DNA of 64,000 bases from Candidatus Poribacteria bacterium. Lineage in GTDB: Bacteria > Poribacteria > WGA-4E > PCPOR2b. The notes beneath the pieces are model-generated. The model was not told the DNA's origin. It did not search any database and was given only the letters and a program-made list of their open reading frames with translations. Below, one piece after another: positions 1 to 9,526 of this stretch. The position numbers and the translations under genes were made by a program. Within the stretch, counting starts at the first letter, position 1, and the number at the start of each line of letters is the position of its first letter. The stretch covers positions 1,952,001 through 2,016,000 of the forward strand of contig OZ242326.1 in the NCBI GenBank assembly GCA_965208325.1, given 5' to 3'.

Positions 1-833
1 GAAAACGTCGGGAGTTCCGGAAAACGCTCCAACCCGGCACGGGTGGCGCGATCTAGGAGGGAGCTGGAGATGACGGCGTGGCTTTGCATTATGCCGCTTC
101 GGGCTGCCGGCAGGTAATACGCTTCTGTCCGTTTGCCAGCGGCGGCGTACAAGAGCGCATCATAAAACTCCACAGCCATTGATTCGTGCTCGCGTGGGGA
201 GTAGGGGCTCCATCGTCTTGTGATTACCTCTTGTAAACGTTCATTCGCCGCAGATTCCGGCGGAAAAAGCACCATTTCCTGGATTCGTCCATCTACGGTG
301 ATACCCGATTTTGAGATTCCCATGTTGAAATGCCAGAGATTTTGACCTTCCTCACGGACATGCAGCGAAAGTTTCATGTCATCGGTGCCCCCAGCCAAAC
401 GAACCAGGCCGGAAACAGACTCGAGATCGAAGCAACGTTTGAGTTCGGTCTTGAGAAGTCCGCTCAAACCGTCGGGCTCCATGAGGCAAGCCTGCCACAC
501 GTTACGGACTCCTTCCGGCAAATCCGATAACCTCAAGGCTCGTGCGTCGGTTTGTAATTTTTTGAGAACATCTTGGAAGCCGTCCCTATCGCTGTGGATT
601 CGCCAATTTATGATAGGAAGCCTTGCGAATCCAAACACGAGCTGGCGAGACAACGCGTAAATCAGCGTGGCGAAATAGGTTTTTCCAGTGTTGCTCGGGC
701 CGACGAATACGGTCAACGGCCGGAGATCGACGGTGCCACTTGCGATCGGCCCGAAATTACTTACCGAAATCTGGACGTTAGGGCGTGTCGAAATCTGATT
801 ATCCGCGGCATCGGGGCCGGTCTGTTTATTCAT
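1..833 (-). CDS. AAA_15/AAA_21-type P-loop ATPase, 5' part (runs off window start)
   Basis: Missing from the ORF track. Manual translation from ATG at 833 (GGAG upstream) gives MNKQ...NVQISVSNFGPIASGTVDLRPLTVFVGPSNTGKTYFATLIYAL with Walker A GPSNTGKT. The same frame near the window start reads YYLPAARSGIMQSH...LERFPELPTF. Confidence 0.85.
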   Translation of the reverse strand, partial: MNKQTGPDAADNQISTRPNVQISVSNFGPIASGTVDLRPLTVFVGPSNTGKTYFATLIYALSRQLVFGFARLPIINWRIHSDRDGFQDVLKKLQTDARALRLSDLPEGVRNVWQACLMEPDGLSGLLKTELKRCFDLESVSGLVRLAGGTDDMKLSLHVREEGQNLWHFNMGISKSGITVDGRIQEMVLFPPESAANERLQEVITRRWSPYSPREHESMAVEFYDALLYAAAGKRTEAYYLPAARSGIMQSHAVISSSLLDRATRAGLERFPELPTF

Positions 834-902
834 AGCGAGTCTCCAATTTTCGGCCAAAATCTCAGTTGTAACACGTTCAATTGATGCCAGTAATATTCTG
901 TC

Positions 903-968
903 GCCCCGCTGGGGCTAAATGTTGATATGTTACTATGAATTCTATATACCTGCCGCCCCTCCGGGGCT
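903..968. repeat. Pair of GCCCC-N3-GGGGC hairpins (repeat family G)
   Basis: gccccgctggggc at 903 and gcccctccggggc at 955. Related motifs near 15397, 15937, 20636 and 60551. Confidence 0.65.
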
Positions 969-1128
969 TTTGATGTAAAGTGAATTGAGGAGTCCATGTG
1001 CTTCCCCCGGTTTGCGGATTCAGGTGCCGGGCGGCCGTGGAAGCCTAGGTTGTAAGCCGATAGCTTGTTTTTCAGGTTCGCGACGTACAGTCATGTGGAT
1101 TGTGCCACGCAATTAACACGATTGGAAG

Positions 1129-1153
1129 GTCGTGATTCGGAGATCGCTCTTAC
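1129..1153 (-). repeat. REP family B copy (consensus on minus strand GTAGGAGCGATCTCCGAATCGCGAC)
   Basis: gtcgtgattcggagatcgctcttac. The family recurs near 15681, 18677, 19021, 19285, 21126, 21577, 27197, 27686, 28174 and 57013. Confidence 0.7.
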
Positions 1154-1208
1154 AGTGCAGAGGGACGTGTGACGTAACCTGTGTCCAGAGGACAGTGGTC
1201 GTTCGATA

Positions 1209-2606
1209 TTATTTTGCGACGATTACGGTGCCGGTTTTGAAGCTTTCGCCGACCTGCATTTGGTAAACGTAAACGCCGCTTTCGACGAGATTGCCATCCT
1301 CGTCTTCGCCGTTCCATTCTAGCTCGCGCGCGCCCGCATCTCCTATCAACTCTTTGACAAGCACGCCGTTGATGTTGAAAATCAGGACCGTGAATTCTCC
1401 TTCAGCATCTTCAATTGCGCGCGCGGGAAACACAACACGGTTGTAGTCGGCATTGCTCGAAAGCGGGGTAAAAGGATTGGGAAAGGGTTCGCCGAGAATT
1501 CTAAGCGTTTGAGCGGTTTGTTCTGACCTGTTACCGGCTTCGTCAATTGCTTCGACAGCGTAGATAAAAACGCCCACGCCGAGTGCGCGCCGGTCGATAA
1601 ATTCCAACGGCTGATCGGCGGGGATTTTTCCACCACTACCGGTCTCGTCCATCATAGGGGTCAACGGTTCGCCTAACCGCCCAAAAAAGAGTCCGTATTC
1701 CGCAACATCGCGAGTGGGACTACTCTCCCACGTCACCTCAATCCTGCCGCCGACTGTATTAATTGCGACGCCCGCGGGCGGTCGCGGCGCGGCAGTATCC
1801 GGGTGAACGTCAACGAAGATTGGCTCAGAACGGGTGGATTGCAATAGCGGTGTCTTGTAGGCTGAAATTGAGTAACTGTGCGTTCCCGGAGGAACATTCA
1901 CATCTTGAAAAACGGTCGCAGACGGCGTTTCGACATTGATTGGCGGATCAGCGTCACGATAAATGAAATAGCCGTTGACATCCGAGTCAGCCGACTTGTG
2001 CCATTTAATGATTACGTCGTTTTCGCCAGTGGGCTCCGTCTCCACTGTAAACCCTTGTACGGGGGCCGGGGGTACGTTGGGAATAACCAGTAGGGAAAAG
2101 TCATTATTGTTTGATTTGCCGTCTACATTGCCCGGTTTGATAGCTTCGCCGATTGGGCGGTCTTCCTTATTTCTGAGCCGCACGTTAAAATTTACCGCGC
2201 CCGTGGTTTCCGGGGTTCGGCTGTCGAAAACAATTTCGTAATATGCGTTACTCAAATCCGCAATGGGATTGGTGAGAACAATTCGCAGGATATTCCCTGT
2301 GATTTCCGGCACAGCTGCAATTGGCTCGCCGTCTCGCGCCACGAATCGAAAATTCGTCTGCCAGAACATCTGCGCTTGTGCCAACCTGATTTCCATAGTT
2401 CTGATGTCTTCTGTGCCGGGTTCTGCGAGCGACCGATCGATGGTAAGGGCTACAATTAACGTCACCGTGGAACTTGCGGGTGCACGCCCTTGATTGTCTC
2501 CTTCAACGTTTATTTCGCCTCTGGAGTCTACGGCAGCGTTAGCGCTAAGCGCCGCACACAGAAGAAACAAGGTAATTATTCCGATGGTGAAATGGCGTTT
2601 TGTCAC
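1209..2606 (-). CDS. Secreted fibronectin type III repeat protein with C-terminal FlgD-Ig/T9SS-like sorting domain
   Basis: Signal peptide (ANA-AV), two FN3-like units (W..S...DV.GY/Y.I.A.D.AGN.S) and C-terminal PFPNPFTP...IFNINGVLVK...WNGEDEDGNLVESGVYVY. Confidence 0.8.
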   Translation of the reverse strand: MTKRHFTIGIITLFLLCAALSANAAVDSRGEINVEGDNQGRAPASSTVTLIVALTIDRSLAEPGTEDIRTMEIRLAQAQMFWQTNFRFVARDGEPIAAVPEITGNILRIVLTNPIADLSNAYYEIVFDSRTPETTGAVNFNVRLRNKEDRPIGEAIKPGNVDGKSNNNDFSLLVIPNVPPAPVQGFTVETEPTGENDVIIKWHKSADSDVNGYFIYRDADPPINVETPSATVFQDVNVPPGTHSYSISAYKTPLLQSTRSEPIFVDVHPDTAAPRPPAGVAINTVGGRIEVTWESSPTRDVAEYGLFFGRLGEPLTPMMDETGSGGKIPADQPLEFIDRRALGVGVFIYAVEAIDEAGNRSEQTAQTLRILGEPFPNPFTPLSSNADYNRVVFPARAIEDAEGEFTVLIFNINGVLVKELIGDAGARELEWNGEDEDGNLVESGVYVYQMQVGESFKTGTVIVAK

Positions 2607-2622
2607 GTTTTCCCCCTTTTAC

Positions 2623-3576
2623 CTAAAACATCACATTTAGTGAAATGCGCTGCGTCGTGTTGTTCTCAAGATTGCCAGTGAGAATCTGGAAAGCGTAGTC
2701 CAGTTGCAGGCTGAACTCCGAAATGGGAATTCTAGCGCTCCCGCCGACTACGACAGCGCCCGCGCTATTCACACCGCTTGACACCGCATAGCCGCCGCGA
2801 ACGCCTATGGATTGATTGAACCACACTTCCGCACCGGCGTGAATCTGACGATTTCCATCTCGAATACTAATGTCGAGGAGCCCGACGCTGGATTTTAGCG
2901 CTTCACGTAAGGATTCCTGCGCAATGGTCTCTGCAATCGCCTCAAGGCTGTACGCGAATCCGGTGCGCATATTGACAGGAATTTTATCCTCATGTGCCTC
3001 AGAGACGCTTATATCCGCCGGAAGCAGGTTTTCCACCGAAAGCCCCCAACTGAAGCCTAGCACCGGCTTTGCTAGCAAACCGACATCAAATGAAAAAGCA
3101 GAAGCATCGGTTTTCTCGGCAAAATACGGATTGGCGCGAACGGATTCATTTTCTTCATCGAAGTGAGTCCCCAGAGATTTGAAGTTTACGCCAAACGCAA
3201 ATTTCTGTAAGAACGATTTGCCGTAAGAGAGTTTTATAGTCTGTTCATCATAAACTTGAGATTCTTCGCTGAGAATACCGATGCTTAATCCTAGTGTGCC
3301 GGCGGCTGCGAGCGGCAATATGCCGCCGATGTAGTCGTAACGGACAAGTCCTTGGAACCGCTGCGCATACGTCGCACTTAACTGGTATTCATCAATATAG
3401 CCTAGTCCCGCAGCGTTATAATGTGCTGCATTGCCGTCGTCCGCCATGGCTACGAATGCGCCGCCCAACCCCAGCGGGCGTGCTCCCATGCCGATATCGT
3501 TGAATGCAGCGAACGCTAAACCGCCGGGTACAAATAAAACCGCAATTGCGGAGATGACGAGTTTCCATTTTATCAT
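2623..3576 (-). CDS. PorV/PorQ-like (FadL/UPF0164) outer-membrane beta-barrel protein
   Basis: Signal peptide, motif GARPLGLGGAFVAMADD..A.HYNAAGL, amphipathic strands, LDYAF and a terminal Phe. Confidence 0.8.
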   Translation of the reverse strand: MIKWKLVISAIAVLFVPGGLAFAAFNDIGMGARPLGLGGAFVAMADDGNAAHYNAAGLGYIDEYQLSATYAQRFQGLVRYDYIGGILPLAAAGTLGLSIGILSEESQVYDEQTIKLSYGKSFLQKFAFGVNFKSLGTHFDEENESVRANPYFAEKTDASAFSFDVGLLAKPVLGFSWGLSVENLLPADISVSEAHEDKIPVNMRTGFAYSLEAIAETIAQESLREALKSSVGLLDISIRDGNRQIHAGAEVWFNQSIGVRGGYAVSSGVNSAGAVVVGGSARIPISEFSLQLDYAFQILTGNLENNTTQRISLNVMF

Positions 3577-3782
3577 ATTTTTTCCCTTTTAATGTCTTTT
3601 GTGTAAAGCCGAATACCGATAAAACGCGTTGGAAACGTGAATGACGCGTTAAAGGTTAATGCGCATCTTTCCTGGTTAATTCAATGTTGATGTGTTGCCA
3701 TGATTTCTATACGCCCAAAAAATGTCTATTGCGCTCACAATTTGGGCGCTTATTCCCATAGTATACGTTAATCCGGTATTGG

Positions 3783-3844
3783 GCGCGGCAAGATGCCGCG
3801 CATACAAGATCTGACGTTTGTGCGCGGCAAGATGCCGCGCCTAC
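3783..3844 (-). repeat. Two REP-A copies (minus strand GTAG-GCGCGGC-ATCTT-GCCGCGC) downstream of RAYT
   Basis: Copies at 3783-3805 and 3822-3844 in the same orientation with a 16-nt linker. Confidence 0.9.
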
Positions 3845-3856
3845 AGGCCACGCGGT

Positions 3857-4342
3857 CTACTCCAGCTCAAATTTACACCACCAATACGGATAATCCTTTG
3901 CCAATTTGACTAGGCCATTCCGCACCGGGTTGTCATAACAATACCGTATAGTGTCATTCAACGCACCCTCATCCCGAACGGCATGGTCATAATACCCCTT
4001 TTGCCATACGGAACCAGCTTCATCAAGCAGCGCGTTAATCTTCTTCGCTGTGAAACTCTTGAAGGTATGCATGATGCGTGCTAGCGCTTGGTTGCACCCC
4101 AGTTGAACCACCGCATGAATATGGTCAGGCATTATTATAATACATATCCGCTTGATGCGTCCCTCGTTTTCAAGCCATTGGAACGCATCGAAAACGATTT
4201 GTGCGGCGTGGGAGCTCGAGAGTAAACGTCGTCGTTTGAATGTGACGGTTGTCAAAAAGTAATATGCGCCCGATATCGTGTGTCGGCCTTTGCGCAATTG
4301 AGGGTTTTTTCGATTTGGGATTGCGGTTATGGTAGTTGCCAT
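3857..4342 (-). mobile_element. rayT: REP-associated tyrosine transposase (RAYT/TnpA-REP, Y1 HUH family)
   Basis: LRKGR...YYFLTTVT, HUH motif MPDHIH, FKSFTA, WQKGYYDH, catalytic Tyr region YCYDNPVRNGL and DYPYW. Flanked on both sides by GTAG-hairpin REPs. Start placed at ATG 4342 because the longer ORF extends into REPs. Confidence 0.92.
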
Positions 4343-4363
4343 TGAATTATGTGTCGGGTCATT

Positions 4364-4426
4364 GCGCGGCAAGATGCCGCGCCTACGGAACGTGGTGGTG
4401 TACGCGGGGCAAGATGCCACGCCTAC
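4364..4426 (-). repeat. Two REP-A copies upstream of RAYT
   Basis: Copies at 4364-4386 and 4404-4426 with a 17-nt linker, in the same orientation as the downstream pair. Confidence 0.9.
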
Positions 4427-4538
4427 AAGGCTGAGGTTTGTGCTGATAAAACGCGTTGGAATCGTGAATGACGCGTTTAAAGTATATATTTTGTTGCACG
4501 ATTGGGACAGTCCTTTCGTTTCAGAAATCGAAAAAATG

Positions 4539-4568
4539 TTGACATGTACCGCAGGAGGTTTATAAAAT
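4539..4568 (+). promoter_or_regulatory. Putative sigma70 promoter for the 4677 gene
   Basis: TTGACA at 4539-4544 followed 16-18 nt later by TATAAA/TAAAAT. Confidence 0.5.
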
Positions 4569-4676
4569 AACGGCAGTTGTCGGTCTGGAATCCTCAGCCT
4601 TGAATTTTATACGCAAACCGATTGTTTATTCAAAGGGTCAGCATAGCAAGGTTGTTGGCGACAAAAAGGATTTCGC

Positions 4677-5642
4677 ATGATATTAATCAGCACACAAAAC
4701 GGTATCTACGGCTGGGATGAATCCAGCCAAACTCTTAGCCGCTATGCCCTAGAAGGCAAGGACATCCGCCAAGTTGCCGCTACGCTCGACGGAACGCTAA
4801 TTGCTTACGATGCCGAAGGGGCGATCTGGACTAGCAGCAACCGGGGAAAATCCTGGGATCGAATTGCGGACTCCCCTATAAACGAGGAGATTACCGTGCT
4901 CTTCGTTCACCCGATCGACGACGACATTTATTTTGGTACGGAACCGCCCAAGATCTACCGTTACAACTGTACCGATCAAGACTGGGAATTAGTAACAGAT
5001 TTACGGACGCTCGAAACCTCTAAATCTTGGTACACCCCTTGGGGCGGTCCACCCGCCGTGCGGAGCGCCGCGCCAGCGTACAGGGATGGACTCTACCTAA
5101 ATATTCACGTTGGCGGTGTTTTGCGAACTCTGGACCGCGGCGCAACGTGGCAACCGACAAATGACGGGCTCGAATTAGACGTTCATGAAGTTGCTACGTG
5201 CCGTGAACGTGAGCATGCACTATACACGGCGACTGCAGACGGCTTTTATCTGAGCGAGGATGGCGGTGCATCGTGGAAAGCACGCAATAATGGATTAGCG
5301 ATCCGCTATTCACGCGGCATTGCCATCCACCCAGACCAACCGGAGACCATCCTCATTAGCGGCTCGCCAACATCTCCGTGGGGTTGGCGCACCCATGGGA
5401 AACGGTTTTCCCTTTTCCGCAGCACTGATGACGGAGCACATTGGAAGCAAGTGTCCCACGGGTTTCCCGAAGAGAGCGATTCGGAAATCGACACGCACGG
5501 CATCGCATTCTCCCGAGAAAGTTCCGACCAGGTTCTGTGCGGTGTTCGCTCAGGCGAACTCTATGCTAGCAGCGACGCAGGTGAGTCTTGGTCAACTGTA
5601 GCTGCCAACCTGCCCTCCATACGGAGTTTATCCGCCCTTTAA
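4677..5642 (+). CDS. BNR/Asp-box beta-propeller protein (sialidase/xyloglucanase-like fold)
   Basis: Repeated S/TxDxGxS/TW Asp boxes. AAGGA RBS present and no signal peptide. Confidence 0.8.
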   Translation: MILISTQNGIYGWDESSQTLSRYALEGKDIRQVAATLDGTLIAYDAEGAIWTSSNRGKSWDRIADSPINEEITVLFVHPIDDDIYFGTEPPKIYRYNCTDQDWELVTDLRTLETSKSWYTPWGGPPAVRSAAPAYRDGLYLNIHVGGVLRTLDRGATWQPTNDGLELDVHEVATCREREHALYTATADGFYLSEDGGASWKARNNGLAIRYSRGIAIHPDQPETILISGSPTSPWGWRTHGKRFSLFRSTDDGAHWKQVSHGFPEESDSEIDTHGIAFSRESSDQVLCGVRSGELYASSDAGESWSTVAANLPSIRSLSAL

Positions 5643-6802
5643 GAAAAACCCTCATTTCCATCGCGCAATTTCAATCCTACGGCGACCATTCGCCCGGCGC
5701 GTTCGGCTGCGTCGGCAATTAGCGCGGCGGCGTTATTGATTGCATCATCCAAAGTCATTGGTTCAGGTACAATGTCAATTACCGCATCAATACCTGCGCC
5801 GTAAATCCCATGAGCGTCCGCGGAAATGCTGCCGGCAATTGCAATGACGGGAATGTTGCGCGTCTTCGCAAGGGCTGCGACGCCAACCGGTGTCTTGCCA
5901 AAAACCGTTTGAAAGTTAATCTGTCCTTCCCCGGTTATGACGAGATTAGCACCTTCGATTATTTGCTCAAGATGAGTGGCTTCCATGACTATCTCAACAC
6001 CGGATTTTAACTTACCATTAAGGAAAGCGAGCAATGCTGCGCCTAAGCCGCCGGCTGCCCCGGCGCCGGGGATGTTCCCGACGGATTTTCCAAGGCCGCG
6101 CTGCAAAATCTTATCGAAATGCGCTAGGTTTGTATCTAACAGTTCAATCATTTCATGGGTTGCACCTTTCTGGTGCCCATAAACACGAGACGCACCCTGT
6201 ACGCCCGTTAAAGGGTTGTTAACGTCACAAGCGACGATAGTTTCTGTTTCAGCGAGGCGTGGATCCAATCCAGAAATATCTATTGTTGCGAGATTGCCTA
6301 AACCGCCGCCTCCCCATTCTACTTGTTTTCCGCTAGCCGCCAGCAGTTTGGCGCCAAGTGCTTGTGCCATACCGGCACCGCCATCGTTCGTGGCGCTTCC
6401 GCCGATTCCGATAATCAACTTGCGGCATCCGCGATTCAAAGCTGCTTGGATGAGTTGTCCCGTGCCGTACGTCGTTGTAACGAGGGGATTGCGTTTATCG
6501 GGCGGTACGAGTGTTAAACCGGAGGCTGCCGCCATTTCGATGACGGCAGTTTTTCCGTCACCGAGGGCGCCGTAACCTGCGTCAATTTCTACTCCGAGCG
6601 GATTGAGCACCTGCTCAGTGATGATTTCACCTCCCGTTGCGTCAACGAGAGATTGCACCGTGCCTTCACCGCCGTCCGCCATGGGGATTTTTTCAATCTC
6701 GACGTTAGGGAAGACGCGGCGCAGTCCAATTTCCATTGCGTCCGCGGCGCGCAGCGCAGTCATGCTCCCCTTGAATGAGTCGGGCGCGATGACGATTTTC
6801 AT
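5639..6802 (-). CDS. glxK: Glycerate kinase (GlxK/GarK family)
   Basis: MKIVIAPDSFKGS, PMADGGEGT, GIGGSATNDGG, GAGAAGGLG and ITGEG motifs. Start at ATG 6802. Confidence 0.93.
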   Translation of the reverse strand: MKIVIAPDSFKGSMTALRAADAMEIGLRRVFPNVEIEKIPMADGGEGTVQSLVDATGGEIITEQVLNPLGVEIDAGYGALGDGKTAVIEMAAASGLTLVPPDKRNPLVTTTYGTGQLIQAALNRGCRKLIIGIGGSATNDGGAGMAQALGAKLLAASGKQVEWGGGGLGNLATIDISGLDPRLAETETIVACDVNNPLTGVQGASRVYGHQKGATHEMIELLDTNLAHFDKILQRGLGKSVGNIPGAGAAGGLGAALLAFLNGKLKSGVEIVMEATHLEQIIEGANLVITGEGQINFQTVFGKTPVGVAALAKTRNIPVIAIAGSISADAHGIYGAGIDAVIDIVPEPMTLDDAINNAAALIADAAERAGRMVAVGLKLRDGNEGFS

Positions 6803-6828
6803 TGATTTTCTCCAATTGACAGTCACAC

Positions 6829-7146
6829 GCGCGGCAAGATGCCGCGCCTACGAGGTGTGGGGCGGTGCCATTCGCGCGGCAGGATGCCGCGCCTACGGGG
6901 TGTGGGGCGGTGCCATTCGCGCGGCAACATGCCGGGACTACAGCGTGTGGTGTGGTAAGCAAGGCGCGATGTCACCCCGGCAACGTGTGCTGCCACACGC
7001 ACGGCAAGATGCCGCGCCTACAGGGTGTGGCGCGGTGCCAAACGCGCGGCAAGATGCCGCGCCTACGAGGTGTGGTGTGGTAAGCAAGGCGCGATGTCAC
7101 CCCCGAAACGTGTGCTGCCAAACGCGCGGCAAGATGCCGCGCCTAC
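6829..7146 (-). repeat. REP-A direct-repeat array, 6 copies
   Basis: gcgcggcaagatgccgcgcctac variants separated by related 22-nt and about 57-nt linkers. Confidence 0.9.
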
Positions 7147-7170
7147 AGAATACGGTGGTGCAATTTTTGC

Positions 7171-9030
7171 CTATTTTAGTAAGACCATCCGCCGGGTTTG
7201 TTGGAATCCCTCTGTCTTTAATTGAACGAAATAGACACCGCCAGATACGGGTTCGCCGGCTTGATTGAAACCGTCCCAGTGAACGGCGCGATTTCGTGTA
7301 CGATAAACTCCTTTCGGTTGATTAGCTAATTCTATCCGCTTGACAACGTTTCCGAGCATGTCATAGATTGTGATTGTCATTGAGGACGCCTCGCCGAGTT
7401 GGTAGGGTATCCATGTTTCCGGATTGAATGGGTTCGGGTAATTTGGGAACAGCGCCGTATTTTCAGGGGCAACGAGCGTTAGGTGACGCTCTAAAAGCGC
7501 AATTCCACGCTGAACTCCCATAGATCCGTCGTGTGCTGCCGCCGCATCAACTAACCAGTCGGCAACTGGAATTGGCTGCCGGATATCCGGCCGGCTGGGT
7601 GCGGTTGATGCTTCTGCCTGAATACGCTTTGCCACTGCCACCAGATCGAACGCATCCACCAACCGGTCACCATTCACGTCAGCGGGAATGCCTATGCCTG
7701 CCGATCCAAGGGCGTTCCCGACGAGTACGAGGTCGGATGTGTCTACGACGCCATCTCGGTTCACATCCTCCGGTGTGCCTTTCGGTGCCTCCACAACAAA
7801 CGGAGGCGTTTCTTCGACTACATTTCTGAACAGATTAGCCGTTTTTACGCAGCGGAAACCGACGTATACATCGGTGTATGTTGGGCGGGCGGCAACGCGG
7901 AGCGAAGTGCGCATGTGGCGCGTATGACCTTCGAAACTTCCACCGCGCAGCGAGCGAGGCTTTTGAATGCGTACGAAATCGTCGTCAACGAAATTGAAAA
8001 CTTCGCCAGCTAGCGGGTTATTCATTGGGCTAATGACGTAGAACAGCGCAATGAACTCATCCATGCACCAATTCCAGACGTTTCCCGCCATGTCGTACAA
8101 TCCATAGCCGTTCGGCGGGAAACTGCCCACCGGAGACGCTCCGGTCCACCGGTCTCGACCGCCTACACCGGTAAAATTCGCTTCGTCGTGTGTGATGGCG
8201 TCCCCGTTTGGGTAACGTTTGCCGACCATGCCCCCGCGTGCAGCTTTCTCCCACTCCGCTTCGGTTGGAAGCCGTTTTTTCACCCACTGCGCATACGCGG
8301 CAGCGGCGTACCAACTGACCCATGCAGCAGGATAGTCAGCTTGCCCTATCGGGTAGTTGGTTCCGTCCCAATCCTTCAGGTAGTCTCGGTCATGAAATTT
8401 GTGCGGGATTAAATCTTTGCTCCACTCCGGATTAGCATCGACGAATTTTTTGAATTGCGCATTGGTTACATCGAAAGCATCCATGTAGAAATCGTCAAGG
8501 TAGACCGTATGAACAGGGCGCTCAGGCAGGGTGTCTTCATTGAACGGGTCGCCCATCTCAAAATCGCCCGAGGGAATTAATCTCATCACGGCGCCATCAA
8601 TATCGGAAATAGTTTCTTTGGGTAGGCGGCGGCTATCGCTTACAATTAGACGGATTTTTAGCCTTGGGTTTTTCACGCCTTGAAGGTCGACTCCCACGTC
8701 CCAGACGATTCGTTTGCGTTCGCCGGGGTGAATTCCTTCGCCAACGTCGCCGCTGAGGGTACGCGGGGTTATCGAATATGAATTGCCGCCATCCTCCGAT
8801 GCAGCAAGTTTGATAGAGAGCGGTTCTTCATCAGGGTCACGGAGATCGAACGTGATGTCGACTAGGCGAGTTCCGAAGCGCTGTTGTGCGTGGACATTGC
8901 TAATTTCAGGCGGGTGACCATTGTCTAGAGCAATCGCCTTGGACGTTCCCAAAAACAGGAGAAGCGTTAAGATGGTTAGGGCGGTAATTCTGCGAGTAGG
9001 TCCGAGGTGTACCCGATAGGTTAGCGGCAT
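7171..9030 (-). CDS. Secreted FGE-sulfatase (SUMF1/CLec) domain protein with dockerin-like repeat and FlgD/T9SS-like C-terminal domain
   Basis: RLPTEAEWEKAARGG, PPNGYGLYDMAGNVW, RGGSF and GFRC. DVNRDGVVDTSDL/DVNGDRLVDAFDL. NYPNPFNPETWIPYQL...WDGFNQAGEPVSGGVYF. GGAG RBS before ATG 9030. Confidence 0.88.
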   Translation of the reverse strand: MPLTYRVHLGPTRRITALTILTLLLFLGTSKAIALDNGHPPEISNVHAQQRFGTRLVDITFDLRDPDEEPLSIKLAASEDGGNSYSITPRTLSGDVGEGIHPGERKRIVWDVGVDLQGVKNPRLKIRLIVSDSRRLPKETISDIDGAVMRLIPSGDFEMGDPFNEDTLPERPVHTVYLDDFYMDAFDVTNAQFKKFVDANPEWSKDLIPHKFHDRDYLKDWDGTNYPIGQADYPAAWVSWYAAAAYAQWVKKRLPTEAEWEKAARGGMVGKRYPNGDAITHDEANFTGVGGRDRWTGASPVGSFPPNGYGLYDMAGNVWNWCMDEFIALFYVISPMNNPLAGEVFNFVDDDFVRIQKPRSLRGGSFEGHTRHMRTSLRVAARPTYTDVYVGFRCVKTANLFRNVVEETPPFVVEAPKGTPEDVNRDGVVDTSDLVLVGNALGSAGIGIPADVNGDRLVDAFDLVAVAKRIQAEASTAPSRPDIRQPIPVADWLVDAAAAHDGSMGVQRGIALLERHLTLVAPENTALFPNYPNPFNPETWIPYQLGEASSMTITIYDMLGNVVKRIELANQPKGVYRTRNRAVHWDGFNQAGEPVSGGVYFVQLKTEGFQQTRRMVLLK

Positions 9031-9190
9031 GTGTCGCTCCCGTCTGCTAATTAGGAAACAACATCGAAGCAATGAAAGGCTCTCTAATTGAAGCGGAATA
9101 GCGGCGGAGTGAGTTGCCATACCGATTTGCTAGTGGGTTTATGTAGGTTTCTGGCAAATGATGAATATTTCGTTTAGAATTAAGCAATGC

Positions 9191-9442
9191 GCGCGGCAAG
9201 ATGCACCGCCTACAGGGCCTGAGATTTGTGCGCGGCAAGATGCCCGCTTCCAGGACGTGGTGCCGCACGCAGCGAAAGATGCCGCGCTTACAGGGCCTGA
9301 GGTTTGTGCGCGGCAAGATGCCACGCCTACAGGACGTGGTGCCGCACGCAGCGAAAGATGCCGCGCCTACGGACGTGGTGTACACGCGGCTAGATGCACC
9401 GCCTACCAAGGTGGTGTACACGCGGCTAGATGCACCGCCTAC
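9191..9442 (-). repeat. REP-A direct-repeat array, 7 degenerate copies
   Basis: Period of about 36-40 bp with alternating linkers agggcctgagrtttgt and aggacgtggtgccgcac. Confidence 0.88.
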
Positions 9443-9526
9443 AAGTATTATTTCGAAAATACCTTAGCAAACGAACGTTCAGATGTCAAGACAAATGCAT
9501 GAGTATTTCACATGGCAGCCGTTAGG

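Noticed and set aside
330..884. Three short + strand ORFs
   Set aside because: They are antisense shadows of the minus-strand ATPase.
3857..4420. Classical IS200/IS605 element, or the longer 187-aa start
   Set aside because: There is no TnpB or distinct LE/RE, the motifs and flanks fit RAYT, and the extra N-terminus is translated REP sequence.
7800..8600. DGR target (CLec/FGE fold) or active formylglycine-generating enzyme
   Set aside because: No reverse transcriptase or template repeat was seen, and the catalytic Cys pair after RGGSF is absent (RGGSFEGHTRHMR).
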